A stretch of DNA of 64,000 nt from a virus: positions 118,739 through 182,738 of IMG/VR virus record IMGVR_UViG_3300035070_003385. One strand, 5' to 3'. Positions 8,749-18,417 of the stretch are shown piece after piece (position 1 is the stretch's first letter; the number at the start of each line of letters is the position of its first letter). A model generated the notes under the pieces. That model was given only the letters and a program-made list of their open reading frames with translations. It ran no database searches and was not told where the DNA came from. The position numbers were made by a program, and so were the translations under genes.

Positions 8749-10029
8749 ATGTTACAAAATTCTTTGACTCCAGAATATTTCAAAAAAGTAAATTATGTTT
8801 TAAAGCGAGACGGCACTACTGAAGGATTTGACGCAAGCAAAATAGAAACCGCAGTTTCTAAGGCAATGAAATCTATTGGAATTAGGAGTAAGAATCTTTC
8901 TAACGAAGTTACTGATGAGGTGGAAACGCTTTTAAACAATGATCCAAAAGATGTTATAGTAGATGTTGACTCAGTCCATAAAGCAGTAGAAAACGTAATT
9001 ATGGATATGGGTTTACACGATTTGGCTCGTGAGTATATTCTTTTCCGTTTTAATAACAAACCGAATATTTTTCGTAAACGTGCAGCATTAAAACCATACG
9101 AGTATCCACAGCTAGTTGAATACACAGATGCAATTCGTCATTCATATTGGGTACATACAGAATTTAATTATTCTTCAGATATTCAAGATATGAAAGTCAA
9201 AATGGATCCATCTGAAGTTGAAATCGTAAAGAAAGCTATGTTAGCTATTTCACAAATCGAAGTTGCTGTTAAAACATTTTGGTCTAAGATTGGCGATCGT
9301 TTTCCTAAACCTGAAGTAGCTGCTGTCGGTATTACATTTGGTGAATCAGAAGTACGCCACGCCGATGCATATTCGAACTTAATTGAAATCATGGGTCTTA
9401 ACGAAGAGTTTGAAAAAGTCGTAGAAGTGCCTGCTATGAAAAAGCGTATCGCTTACCTTGAGCAATCAATTGGATCGCCAGCAGATGATAAAGACTATTT
9501 CCATAAAATTATTTTATTTTCGATGTTCGTGGAAAACGTTTCGTTATTTAGCCAATTCCTTATTATGATGGCTTTCAATAAACACAAAAATGTACTCAAA
9601 GGTATTTCAAACGCCGTTGAAGCTACATCCAAAGAAGAAGATATTCACGCTCGTTTTGGGTTTGAACTTGTGAATATTATTCGTGAAGAAAACCCAGATT
9701 GGTTTGATAAAGATAGTAACGCAGAAGTCAATCGTCTTTGCCGTGACGCATTCAAAGCAGAATCAGCAATTGTTGATTGGATTTATGGCGACCACGATCT
9801 AGACTTTTTACCTAAAGCAACAGTGAAAGAATTTTTAAAGCACCGTTTTAATCAATCACTCAAAGCAATTGATATGAAGCCTTTGTATGAAGTAGATGAA
9901 GAAGCGGTCCGCAGCACTGACTGGTTTGTAGAAGAAATTTTAAGCACTAAAAACGTCGACTTTTTTGTTAAGCGTTCAACCGCGTATTCAAAGAAAACAA
10001 AAGCTTTCACTGAAGATGATTTATTTTAA
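8749..10029 (+). CDS. nrdB: Ribonucleotide reductase class I beta subunit with N-terminal ATP cone
   Basis: VLKRDGTTEGFDASKI ATP-cone start; ferritin-like ExxH motifs (EVRHADAY, EEDIH); VENVSLFSQF. Confidence 0.9.
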   Translation: MLQNSLTPEYFKKVNYVLKRDGTTEGFDASKIETAVSKAMKSIGIRSKNLSNEVTDEVETLLNNDPKDVIVDVDSVHKAVENVIMDMGLHDLAREYILFRFNNKPNIFRKRAALKPYEYPQLVEYTDAIRHSYWVHTEFNYSSDIQDMKVKMDPSEVEIVKKAMLAISQIEVAVKTFWSKIGDRFPKPEVAAVGITFGESEVRHADAYSNLIEIMGLNEEFEKVVEVPAMKKRIAYLEQSIGSPADDKDYFHKIILFSMFVENVSLFSQFLIMMAFNKHKNVLKGISNAVEATSKEEDIHARFGFELVNIIREENPDWFDKDSNAEVNRLCRDAFKAESAIVDWIYGDHDLDFLPKATVKEFLKHRFNQSLKAIDMKPLYEVDEEAVRSTDWFVEEILSTKNVDFFVKRSTAYSKKTKAFTEDDLF

Positions 10030-10040
10030 GGAAATATGTA

Positions 10041-11738
10041 ATGAGAAAATACAAAAAATTCTATTGGCTAAATGATGACGCAAAGACATTTTTGTCGCGT
10101 GGTTATTTAGAAGAAAAAGAAAAGCCACAGGACCGTATTCGTGTCATTGCTGATAAAGCTGAATGGTACCTTAAGGATATGGCAAAAACAAAAGCAGGTA
10201 AAACTACATATGATGGTTTTGCAGATAAGTTTTACGATTATATGAGCCGTGGATTTTATTCCTTAGCATCTCCTATTTGGGCTAACTACGGTAAAGAGCG
10301 TGGACTACCAGTATCATGCTTTGGTTCTTACATCGATGATAGCATGGAAGCAATACTATTTGGTCATGCTGAAAATGGTATGTTAATGAAAAACGGTGGT
10401 GGTACGTCAGGTTACTTTGGCGCTGTTCGTCATCGTGGTGCTCCAATTCGTGATTCAGGCGAGTCTTCAGGTTCAGTGCACTTTATGCAGATGTATGATA
10501 CTTTGGCATCAGTTGTATCGCAAGGTTCAGTTCGCCGCGGTTTCTTTGCGGCATACCAAGACATTGAGCATCCTGATGCTGACGAGTTTCTAGACATTGG
10601 CACAGAAGGTAATCCTATCCAAGGGCTTACAACTGGTATCACTGTTAGTAATAAATTCATTGATGAAATGAAAGCAGGCGATCCTGAGAAACGTCGTTTG
10701 TGGGCTAAGGTGCTACAGCGTCGTTCTGAAATTGGTTATCCTTATATCCTATTCTCGGATAACGTAAACAACGGTCGCCCTCAAGTTTATAAAGATAAGG
10801 ATATGCGAGTATATGCTTCCAATATGTGTGCCGAGATTGCATTGCCATCCTCACACGAAGAAACGTTTACTTGTGTGCTATCATCTCTTAATGTTTTACA
10901 TTGGGATGAAATCAAAGAAACAGATGCTATTGAAGTATTAACAATGTTTCTTGATACAGTATGTGAAGAGTTTGTTCGTAAAACCGCCGGCCAAATCTAT
11001 ATGAAACGTGCTCGTGATTTTGCTGTGAAACACAGAGCCCTTGGTGCTGGTATTTTGGGCTGGCATTCGCATTTACAATCTAAAATGATTTCCTTTGAGT
11101 CAAAAGAAGCTGCGCAACTAAATCTTGAAATTGCTAAAACAATGCAAGAAAAATCATATCAAGCTTCGCGTGAAATGGCTAAGACATTAGGTGAGCCAGA
11201 ATTGCTAGAAGGTTATGGAATGCGTAATACCACAACAATGGCTATTGCTCCTACAAAATCATCGAGCTTTATCCTTGGGCAAGTATCACAATCCATTGAG
11301 CCAGAATTCTCTAACGCTTACGTTAAAGATTTGGCGAAAATGAAAGTTACTATTCGCAATCCATATCTTAAGGAATTGCTTGTATCTAAAGATCAAGATA
11401 CAGTTGATGTATGGGACTCTATTAAAACCCGCGATGGCTCAGTACAGCATCTTGAGTTCTTGACTGAAGACGAACGCGCAGTATTTAAAACATTCTCTGA
11501 GATTAGTCCTAATACTATTGTTGACCAGGCAGCTATTCGTCAGCAATTCATTGACCAATCACAAAGCTTAAACTTGATGCTTGATCCAGACATGACAGTT
11601 AAAGATATTAATTCGTTATATCTATATGCGGCTGAAATGGGCGTAAAAAGCTTGTATTATGCGTATTCTATGTCCGCGGCGCAATCACTAACTCGTAAAC
11701 GCGTTATGTCTGATGATTGCGCAGCATGCGAAGCATAA
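10041..11738 (+). CDS. nrdA: Ribonucleotide reductase class I alpha subunit (no ATP cone)
   Basis: PVSCF, SNMCAEI, AIAPTKSSS, IDQSQSLNL, KSLYY, C-terminal CAACEA. Confidence 0.95.
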   Translation: MRKYKKFYWLNDDAKTFLSRGYLEEKEKPQDRIRVIADKAEWYLKDMAKTKAGKTTYDGFADKFYDYMSRGFYSLASPIWANYGKERGLPVSCFGSYIDDSMEAILFGHAENGMLMKNGGGTSGYFGAVRHRGAPIRDSGESSGSVHFMQMYDTLASVVSQGSVRRGFFAAYQDIEHPDADEFLDIGTEGNPIQGLTTGITVSNKFIDEMKAGDPEKRRLWAKVLQRRSEIGYPYILFSDNVNNGRPQVYKDKDMRVYASNMCAEIALPSSHEETFTCVLSSLNVLHWDEIKETDAIEVLTMFLDTVCEEFVRKTAGQIYMKRARDFAVKHRALGAGILGWHSHLQSKMISFESKEAAQLNLEIAKTMQEKSYQASREMAKTLGEPELLEGYGMRNTTTMAIAPTKSSSFILGQVSQSIEPEFSNAYVKDLAKMKVTIRNPYLKELLVSKDQDTVDVWDSIKTRDGSVQHLEFLTEDERAVFKTFSEISPNTIVDQAAIRQQFIDQSQSLNLMLDPDMTVKDINSLYLYAAEMGVKSLYYAYSMSAAQSLTRKRVMSDDCAACEA

Positions 11739-11752
11739 ATTAAAATAAACTA

Positions 11753-11781
11753 TTGACATTGTAATAGAATCAGTATATAAA
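11753..11781 (+). promoter_or_regulatory. Sigma70-type promoter with GAATC in the spacer
   Basis: TTGACA-N17-TATAAA; GAATCAG at 11767. Confidence 0.65.
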
Positions 11782-11810
11782 TTATTAACGGTGAAAAAAA
11801 GGTTTGAACA

Positions 11811-12299
11811 ATGAAAAAAATACTAACTGGTTTATTAATTATATTTGCATCAGCTACGTCATCCGCTGCAAATTGCAATAAAGAAAATCAAATCCACGCG
11901 CTAGCAATGAACATGTATCACGAGGCGCGTGGAGAAGGATCTGAAGCAATGCAATTGGTTGGAGAAGTGACTTTGAATAGAACTGGCAGTAAGCATTTTC
12001 CAAATAACATTTGTGATGTTGTTTATCAAGCGCGGCTTGATAGTAAAGGAAATCCAAAGCGTCATAAATGTCAATTTTCGTGGTTTTGCGATGGACGATC
12101 AGATAAACCTTATGATGCAAAATCATGGAAACTAGCTGAAGCCATAGCAAGCGGCCTTGTAAATAAATCTATTTCATTAATTGGAATTAATGCCACGCAC
12201 TATCATACAACGCGTGTAAAACCATATTGGGCAAAAAAATATAATAGGCTTGGTAGACATGGAGATCACATTTTTTATCAAATGGGAAACAAGCTGTGA
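11811..12299 (+). CDS. Cell wall hydrolase, SleB/Hydrolase_2 family
   Basis: Signal peptide; LAMNMYHEARGE, CQFSWFCDG, ATHYH, HIFY motifs. Confidence 0.9.
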   Translation: MKKILTGLLIIFASATSSAANCNKENQIHALAMNMYHEARGEGSEAMQLVGEVTLNRTGSKHFPNNICDVVYQARLDSKGNPKRHKCQFSWFCDGRSDKPYDAKSWKLAEAIASGLVNKSISLIGINATHYHTTRVKPYWAKKYNRLGRHGDHIFYQMGNKL

Positions 12300-12457
12300 T
12301 ACGATGGTATGATTATATAGTAGCATTTTGGGCAGCATATATAATGCTAACTACAGCGTTTACTATTCCTTGGGTTGGCTTTGTTATAGCATATGCTATG
12401 TATGAATACGGTTGGGACTATTATTGCCAATTTAGGCTACGGCTAGAAAATAATTAA
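12296..12457 (+). CDS. Small membrane protein (53 aa, not in the ORF track)
   Basis: GTG start overlapping the upstream TGA; hydrophobic MIRWYDYIVAFWAAYIML... Confidence 0.5.
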   Translation: MIRWYDYIVAFWAAYIMLTTAFTIPWVGFVIAYAMYEYGWDYYCQFRLRLENN

Positions 12458-12479
12458 AAAAATAGGAGTTATATTTAAA

Positions 12480-12704
12480 ATGTTACATACTATTGAATCT
12501 CTTATACAGCGTCTTGATATAATGAAAGATAAAGCAATTCAATTACATCGCATTCGCAATCAATATAGCGAATTAAGTGAAAAAGAATATGATAAAGATT
12601 TTGCAAAAATGTTGTTAGACGACATACAAAGTATGGCATTATTGATTGCGCAAGATCGGGAAGGTAAAGAAATATTGACTGATATGGATGAATGGAAAAA
12701 ATGA
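12480..12704 (+). CDS. Hypothetical protein
   Basis: SD AGGAG; helical ORF in the + strand operon. Confidence 0.6.
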   Translation: MLHTIESLIQRLDIMKDKAIQLHRIRNQYSELSEKEYDKDFAKMLLDDIQSMALLIAQDREGKEILTDMDEWKK

Positions 12705-12774
12705 AATATATGATTGACATCGATGACAAAGCATTTTGGAGTGAAAACTTCTTTCGTGAAACAGGAGAAAAGCT

Positions 12775-12924
12775 ATGAATAATTTTAATGGATTATTTTT
12801 ATCATTTGTATTGATTACCATTATGATGGTGGTGATTCCTATTATTTGGTTAGCAATCGCGTATCCAAATAATTGTAAACAATCTGTTCTTATCCCATGC
12901 TTTGATTTGGAGGATACTCGATGA
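12775..12924 (+). CDS. Small membrane protein (49 aa, not in the ORF track)
   Basis: SD AGGAG; TM segment LFLSFVLITIMMVVIPIIWLAIAY; ATGA overlap with the next gene. Confidence 0.5.
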   Translation: MNNFNGLFLSFVLITIMMVVIPIIWLAIAYPNNCKQSVLIPCFDLEDTR

Positions 12925-13238
12925 GAGACTTTATTTTAGATAACTGGAACCTAGTAATGGATTACGAAAAGAATCCATTGAGCAATATTCCATCACTGCC
13001 AGTACGACATATGGTTATGCAAGTGCTAGCATGGATGTGGGTAATTATATTTACTATCGCAAGCGGTACATGGGCCTGGGCTGGTATTAATGCTATTGTG
13101 CATACTGCACTAATTGCAGGTATTGTATTAACTGTTGCGGTATTTGAAACTGCAAAGCGCAAGCCTAGCGCATTTAATGCTTATAAAAATGTATTTGGCG
13201 CTTATAATGGTCGTGCTCGCGGCGGTGAACATGAATAA
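12921..13238 (+). CDS. Hypothetical membrane protein
   Basis: SD GGAGG; two hydrophobic segments. Confidence 0.6.
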   Translation: MRDFILDNWNLVMDYEKNPLSNIPSLPVRHMVMQVLAWMWVIIFTIASGTWAWAGINAIVHTALIAGIVLTVAVFETAKRKPSAFNAYKNVFGAYNGRARGGEHE

Positions 13239-13734
13239 AGTACAAAAGTTTCGAAGTAAAATTGATAACTTCTTTGGCTGGGTAAAAGTTACCGAGCTAG
13301 TTGAACTTGACAATATTGATGTTAGTGAAGATCCAGTACGCCCAGAGCTTGATGTAAAATGGCGTACAAGCTACGGTAGAAAAATATACGGACTAAAATA
13401 TAAAGATGAAATCGAAGGCGTCATTTGTATTGCATATACAAATGACGTACCCTCAAGTGTAAAAGAATTAGACCTAATGAGTCAAAATGCACACTTGCAG
13501 AATAATAGCGATACTGCGGTTGCTTACACTGTGTGGAGCCGTAAACGTGGTGCTGGTAAAGAAATTATCGGTAAAATTGGAGAAATGATGAAAGCTAGTG
13601 ACAACATCACTACGTTAGTAACATTGTCTCCTTTGACGCCAATGGCAACACATTTTCATATTCGTAATGGCGCAAAGCAATTTGCTATTAACAGTACCAC
13701 TCAAAACTTTAAGTATGATTTAGTAAAGAAATAA
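13231..13734 (+). CDS. Hypothetical protein (within ORF 13135-13734; likely start 13231)
   Basis: DPVRPEL and AVAYTVWSRKRGAG motifs; possible acetyltransferase-like fold is uncertain. Confidence 0.55.
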   Translation: MNKVQKFRSKIDNFFGWVKVTELVELDNIDVSEDPVRPELDVKWRTSYGRKIYGLKYKDEIEGVICIAYTNDVPSSVKELDLMSQNAHLQNNSDTAVAYTVWSRKRGAGKEIIGKIGEMMKASDNITTLVTLSPLTPMATHFHIRNGAKQFAINSTTQNFKYDLVKK

Positions 13735-13738
13735 TTAA

Positions 13739-14215
13739 ATGAATCAATTAGAACATGCGTTTTTTAATCGCAAAAAGGATAATAATATGATAAAAATTAA
13801 AAAGGCTTTTTGGTTTATGTTAGGAGTTATTTTAGTAGGAGTAGCTTACATTGGTATATTTCTTCCAGGATTGCCATGGAGCACCCCAATCCTTGGAGCG
13901 ACATTTTGTTTTGCCAAGTCCTCCGACCGTCTCCATAACTGGATTATGAACCACCCACGCTTCGGGCCGTTCGTTAAAAATTGGTCTAAGTATCGTGTAT
14001 ATCCACAAAAAGCAAAATATCTTATGGTAGCTGTTATGGCCTCATCATTGGGGTTTATGTATTTTGGCACAGGTAACGTAATGGCAACACTATATTTGTT
14101 TATTACGTTTGCGATCATTATAACATGGGCATGGCGTTATCCTGGATCTCAAGCAGAAGCAGAACGTCGTATTGCAGCCGGTGAACGTATTGGTTGGTTA
14201 AAAATAAAAAAATGA
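13739..14215 (+). CDS. YbaN/DUF454 family inner membrane protein (likely start 13787)
   Basis: GIFLPGLPWSTP...FCFAKSSDRLHNWIMNHPRFGPFV signature. Confidence 0.8.
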   Translation: MNQLEHAFFNRKKDNNMIKIKKAFWFMLGVILVGVAYIGIFLPGLPWSTPILGATFCFAKSSDRLHNWIMNHPRFGPFVKNWSKYRVYPQKAKYLMVAVMASSLGFMYFGTGNVMATLYLFITFAIIITWAWRYPGSQAEAERRIAAGERIGWLKIKK

Positions 14216-14244
14216 TTGTTAATGAATTTAATTTCATTTTTTAG

Positions 14245-14273
14245 TTGACATTCCTTTTAGAATCAGTTATATT
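14245..14273 (+). promoter_or_regulatory. Sigma70-type early promoter with GAATC in the spacer
   Basis: TTGACA-N17-TATATT; GAATCAG at 14260. Confidence 0.8.
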
Positions 14274-14307
14274 GTTTATATAAGGTAAATAAAAAGGAAT
14301 CGATCTT

Positions 14308-14676
14308 ATGAAATTCGCAGTATACCAAATTCAAATGACTAAAGCAATCTCTGATGCTGTAAATGCTGGTGAAATTGTACCATCCTTTGAAGCTAAAAAT
14401 AAAATGAACATTGATTTCTCTGGTAACAAAATTGGTGGTCTAGCTTCTGATGCATTTGATGCTGGTTATTACACTCATGTTGCTAACATCGAAGCTGAAG
14501 ACTACAACGATTGTTTCGAGGTTGGTAACATCGGTCCTGATGAAAACATTGAGCGTTTAGGTCGTATGTCTTCACTTTCAGTTGGTGATGTTATTGTCGC
14601 TGAAGATGGTACAGTAGCGGTTATTGCTCCAATGGGTTTCGTTGCTTTTTCTCACAATCCAAAGGTAACAGCATAA
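14308..14676 (+). CDS. YodL-like domain protein
   Basis: FAVYQI start and MSSLSVGDVIV motif. Confidence 0.55.
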   Translation: MKFAVYQIQMTKAISDAVNAGEIVPSFEAKNKMNIDFSGNKIGGLASDAFDAGYYTHVANIEAEDYNDCFEVGNIGPDENIERLGRMSSLSVGDVIVAEDGTVAVIAPMGFVAFSHNPKVTA

Positions 14677-14757
14677 TGGGAGCTTTTGTTGGATGTTTAG
14701 TTTTTTTCGTATTCTTAATCATTGTTACGGCAATTTACGAAAAATTTTATCCTTGAA

Positions 14758-15315
14758 TCATTTTGACCATCTTCGTATAGAAATAGCAGTTTTTGCTTTA
14801 TAATATGAATAACTTACCTTATCATTTTGGTTGCCTCCTAAAATGGTATAATATTCTATTCCTTGACTTGTAAAAGAATTTATATAAAAACCTACATGCC
14901 CTTGCCAAACAGAACCGCCTCGAGGAAATATTATTATATCGCCTCGCTGCGGAGATTCTACTTCATTTCCCCAATCAAGAAAGCTTCGTGCCATTAAAGG
15001 ATGATCGTGAAATTCGCTAGATCCCGGGATGTCAACGGAATCAAGAATAACATTGACGAATGCTGCACACCATTCAGTGCGTGTTGGATCTATTCCTAGA
15101 AGTGATTTTAATGAACTGCGGTGATTATTTTCATGCATGCCAACGTACTTATCCGCGTTAGCAATTAGGCTGCTGATTTTAGTTTCTTTTTTAATGGTTT
15201 CTACGCTAGAGCAAGAGACTAGAAAAACTAAAATAAATAGAAATAGTATTTTCATATAATAAAAGGAAACCTTTTTATGTATACTGCAATGATTCTCGTA
15301 TGTCTTTCTGATCAT
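14758..15315 (-). CDS. NlpC/P60-CHAP-like peptidase (TIGR02594-type), probable lipoprotein (likely start about 15258)
   Basis: WCAAFVN, GDIIIF, GHVGFY, LGGNQ motifs; lipobox-like LVSC. Confidence 0.8.
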   Translation of the reverse strand: MIRKTYENHCSIHKKVSFYYMKILFLFILVFLVSCSSVETIKKETKISSLIANADKYVGMHENNHRSSLKSLLGIDPTRTEWCAAFVNVILDSVDIPGSSEFHDHPLMARSFLDWGNEVESPQRGDIIIFPRGGSVWQGHVGFYINSFTSQGIEYYTILGGNQNDKVSYSYYKAKTAISIRRWSK

Positions 15316-15498
15316 ATTGTAGACATTAATAACTGTTTAGTTTTATCTAATCAATACGTACACAAAACCGAAGTGGAATGTGTAAATTCTATTGCTGATT
15401 TTTTAAATAATGAAATGTTTTATGTGATGTATAACGATTACAATTTGGAAAATTTTTCATGTTACGAATGGTTTAACAATTCTGGCAGTAAAATATAG
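15277..15498 (+). CDS. Hypothetical protein
   Basis: SD AAGGA; Cys-containing small ORF. Confidence 0.5.
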   Translation: MYTAMILVCLSDHIVDINNCLVLSNQYVHKTEVECVNSIADFLNNEMFYVMYNDYNLENFSCYEWFNNSGSKI

Positions 15499-15554
15499 TG
15501 ATATTCTGTTATTTATCTATTTACAAACAACACAATGTATAATATAATAAATTT

Positions 15555-15866
15555 ATGTTAGAAAATTTTATAAAAAAAGACGACACCGATTCTGTAAAGT
15601 GGGGCTCAAAAATTGAGGTTGAGGTCCGCAGGAGAATTAAACTTGCAGTCGCGGCATATGCATATGAGTATGAAAATGAATCTATTTTATCAGATGCTGA
15701 ATACGATAAAGAGTCTTTACTCGTAAACCCAAAACAAAAAACTGGAAACTCGAGATTAGATCGTTTCTTTCGTAATAATTTTAATCCAGACACTGGGCAA
15801 TGGATCCGAAAACATCCAGACATTCCTCAAATAAAAAAAATATATAATGATTATTACAAGAGGTGA
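15555..15866 (+). CDS. Stand-alone protein resembling domain Ia of NAD-dependent DNA ligase
   Basis: AYAYEYENESILSDAEYD resembles the LigA YY...isDaeYD motif; no adenylation domain present. Confidence 0.55.
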   Translation: MLENFIKKDDTDSVKWGSKIEVEVRRRIKLAVAAYAYEYENESILSDAEYDKESLLVNPKQKTGNSRLDRFFRNNFNPDTGQWIRKHPDIPQIKKIYNDYYKR

Positions 15867-16969
15867 ATATGTGGTCATCACAACAAAAACTGGCTCTTAA
15901 GGCTGTAGACAAATGGTTCTATACAGAATCAAAAAATAAACAGGTATTTCGCATCTTTGGATATGCCGGTACCGGTAAGACCACTCTTGCCACACACTTT
16001 GCTCAAAACATTGATGGGTTAGTTCTCTTTGCTGCTTTTACTGGTAAGGCTGCACTTGTAATGAAAAAGCGAGGTTGTGTTGGCGCAAGAACCATCCACA
16101 GCCTAATTTATATCGCAAAGCAAAACAAAAAGACCGGCGAAATTACTTGGAAAATGAATAAAGACAGTTCTCTTAAAGACGCGTCTCTTCTTATTATTGA
16201 CGAATGTTCTATGGTAGATAAAGATTTAGCAGAAGATCTTTTATCGTTTGGCATACCTATTCTAGTTCTCGGAGATCCGGCCCAGCTTCCGCCAGTTTCA
16301 GGCGCTGGATACTTTACTGACGCAAAGCCAGACATCATGCTAACTGAAATACATCGTCAGGCTAAAGATAATCCTATTGTCTATCTTGCTTCCGAAATTC
16401 GAGAAGGGCGGTATCCAAATCATGGATCTTACGGTGAGTCTAGGATCGTCTCTAAGATCGCATCAACCGACGCACTAAATTCTAGTCAAATTTTGGTAGG
16501 TCGAAACGCAACTCGTGATAATATGAATATAAAAATGCGCAAGCTTTTAAAAATAAACGGCGAATATCCAATTCAAAAAGAAAAGCTCATATGCCTTAGT
16601 AATGACAAAGACTTAGGAATATTTAACGGCGGAATATTTAGCGTTGATAGAGTAATCGATACAAGACAAAAAAGTAATTTTTTGCATATGAGTTTGTATC
16701 CAGAAGATGATGATGAAGGTATGCCGGTATTAGTAAAAGTTCACAAAAGTCAGTTTAGTGGAGAAGTATCAGCTCCAAACTGGAAGTTGTTAAAAGGAAG
16801 TCAACAATTTGATTTTGGCTACGCAATTACATGTCATAAATCACAAGGATCCCAATGGGATAACGTATTAATATACGATGAGTCTTGGTGCTTTCGTGAC
16901 GATTGGCAACGTTGGCTGTATACTGCAATTACCCGCGCGTCTGAAAAGGTAACGTTAGTTAAAAATTAA
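15863..16969 (+). CDS. dda: SF1B DNA helicase (Dda/RecD-like)
   Basis: GYAGTGKT, AFTGKAA, IIDECSMV, GDPAQLPPV, YAITCHKSQGSQW, YTAITRA. Confidence 0.88.
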   Translation: MNMWSSQQKLALKAVDKWFYTESKNKQVFRIFGYAGTGKTTLATHFAQNIDGLVLFAAFTGKAALVMKKRGCVGARTIHSLIYIAKQNKKTGEITWKMNKDSSLKDASLLIIDECSMVDKDLAEDLLSFGIPILVLGDPAQLPPVSGAGYFTDAKPDIMLTEIHRQAKDNPIVYLASEIREGRYPNHGSYGESRIVSKIASTDALNSSQILVGRNATRDNMNIKMRKLLKINGEYPIQKEKLICLSNDKDLGIFNGGIFSVDRVIDTRQKSNFLHMSLYPEDDDEGMPVLVKVHKSQFSGEVSAPNWKLLKGSQQFDFGYAITCHKSQGSQWDNVLIYDESWCFRDDWQRWLYTAITRASEKVTLVKN

Positions 16970-16992
16970 CAAATCTTATGATGTATTTTTAG

Positions 16993-17021
16993 TTGACAAA
17001 TTTTAAAAAATGTGTTAAAAT
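16993..17021 (+). promoter_or_regulatory. Sigma70-type promoter
   Basis: TTGACA-N17-TAAAAT. Confidence 0.65.
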
Positions 17022-17045
17022 TGTTCTTAGATAAGGAGAACAAAA

Positions 17046-17477
17046 ATGAATATCCATCACCGTCCGATCCTTGACACAAAGCGAGTATGTGAACTTTATT
17101 CTGAAAAGGATGGGGTTCCTGTAACGTATGTTTGCACTTCAGCTATTGGCGGAGGAACTCAAGCAATCGATATTTTCTATCGTGAGACCCCTCATCCTGA
17201 GTTTGGTAATCGTTACTTTGGTTTGTATCGTAATCAACATTTTAGTGCGGATGGAATGATTATGATCACTAACGCAGACAAGATTGAAGAAGCTGAATTT
17301 GGTATGCTTGAAGGTCCCGAAGGTTGGGAATACAGCCAACACCGACACGACTTCCGCTATGTCGGTGCTTGTGCTGTTGATGGTGGTCGTGCATACTTTA
17401 AACGTGTTGGTGACTTGAGTGTGCCAGTGAAATACTTTGTTGTAAAAGATGGAAAATTTGTGGGATTAACAATGTGA
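17046..17477 (+). CDS. Hypothetical protein
   Basis: SD AAGGAG; AVDGGRAY motif seen in phage hypotheticals. Confidence 0.65.
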   Translation: MNIHHRPILDTKRVCELYSEKDGVPVTYVCTSAIGGGTQAIDIFYRETPHPEFGNRYFGLYRNQHFSADGMIMITNADKIEEAEFGMLEGPEGWEYSQHRHDFRYVGACAVDGGRAYFKRVGDLSVPVKYFVVKDGKFVGLTM

Positions 17478-17686
17478 GTAAGATACAAGAAAAACTAAAT
17501 GGCATTATGAACGAAATACAAGCTCTTATGGAATCACATCCTAGAGCTCATCTCGAGCCTGATACTAAAATACATGAACTGATGTATAATGCAGGCATAT
17601 ACTTTGCTCATATGGATGATGAAAACAGAGATTATTATCAATTTGTTCAAATAGCTATAAAAGAAGAAATGGAGTGGAAATTATGA
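17474..17686 (+). CDS. Hypothetical protein
   Basis: Overlapping start/stop in the operon. Confidence 0.55.
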   Translation: MSKIQEKLNGIMNEIQALMESHPRAHLEPDTKIHELMYNAGIYFAHMDDENRDYYQFVQIAIKEEMEWKL

Positions 17687-17865
17687 CAGACGGACCGTTT
17701 AAATTTGCATTTAATGCCGATACAACTGGTGTTATTCGTAGGGAAATTATAACCTATCGTATGCGAGATGATGGTAGAATATTTAAAGAGGAAGCTGTTC
17801 GTGATTATTACCAAAGCGGAGATTATCATGACTCGCAAACAGCTGTTCCATTAGTGGAGAGGTAA
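17674..17865 (+). CDS. Hypothetical protein
   Basis: Tightly packed operon ORF. Confidence 0.5.
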   Translation: MEIMTDGPFKFAFNADTTGVIRREIITYRMRDDGRIFKEEAVRDYYQSGDYHDSQTAVPLVER

Positions 17866-17866
17866 A

Positions 17867-18097
17867 ATGGCTACATTACCCCAAGGTAGAAACCCGCTAA
17901 CACAAGCGGATTTATTAAAGATGATACCTGGCAATAATATTTATGATACAGAAGAAATCATTAAAAAGGACACTGAAATGTTAGCTTGGCTCCGACTTGC
18001 AGCTGAAAACAGCGAAATCGCTACACAGGTTGCAGATCGATTTGAAACACTTACAAACACAGCTCACAACCGTAAACATTGGACAGGACACGAATGA
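17867..18097 (+). CDS. Hypothetical protein
   Basis: SD GAGG; operon position. Confidence 0.55.
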   Translation: MATLPQGRNPLTQADLLKMIPGNNIYDTEEIIKKDTEMLAWLRLAAENSEIATQVADRFETLTNTAHNRKHWTGHE

Positions 18098-18417
18098 TGA
18101 AAAAAGAATACGTTGTTATAACTACAATTTCAACTCACAAATCTCGATTTGTTATTCATAAAGATGAATTGCAAAAAATGAACACTGATATTACTCTTAC
18201 AGACGAATTGGCTTTTGACTGGGCAAAAGACTCTGTTTTGTGTAATGAAATTAAAGAATTTTCTCAAGAATGGCTAGGAGACAGTTTTATTGATGCCGAT
18301 ATTAAAACTGAAGAAGAAATTTTACAATTGTTTGACCGTGAAAATGATTACCTGAAAAACTGGCCGGTTAGCCAAAAAATGGATTGGATAAAAAATTGGA
18401 GAGAAACAGATGTCTGA
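18079..18417 (+). CDS. Hypothetical protein
   Basis: Operon ORF overlapping both neighbours. Confidence 0.55.
   Translation: MDRTRMMKKEYVVITTISTHKSRFVIHKDELQKMNTDITLTDELAFDWAKDSVLCNEIKEFSQEWLGDSFIDADIKTEEEILQLFDRENDYLKNWPVSQKMDWIKNWRETDV

Noticed and set aside
7678-11738. Group I introns or inteins in td, nrdB, nrdA (also checked gp17, gp20)
   Set aside because: ORFs are continuous and of normal length with contiguous motifs
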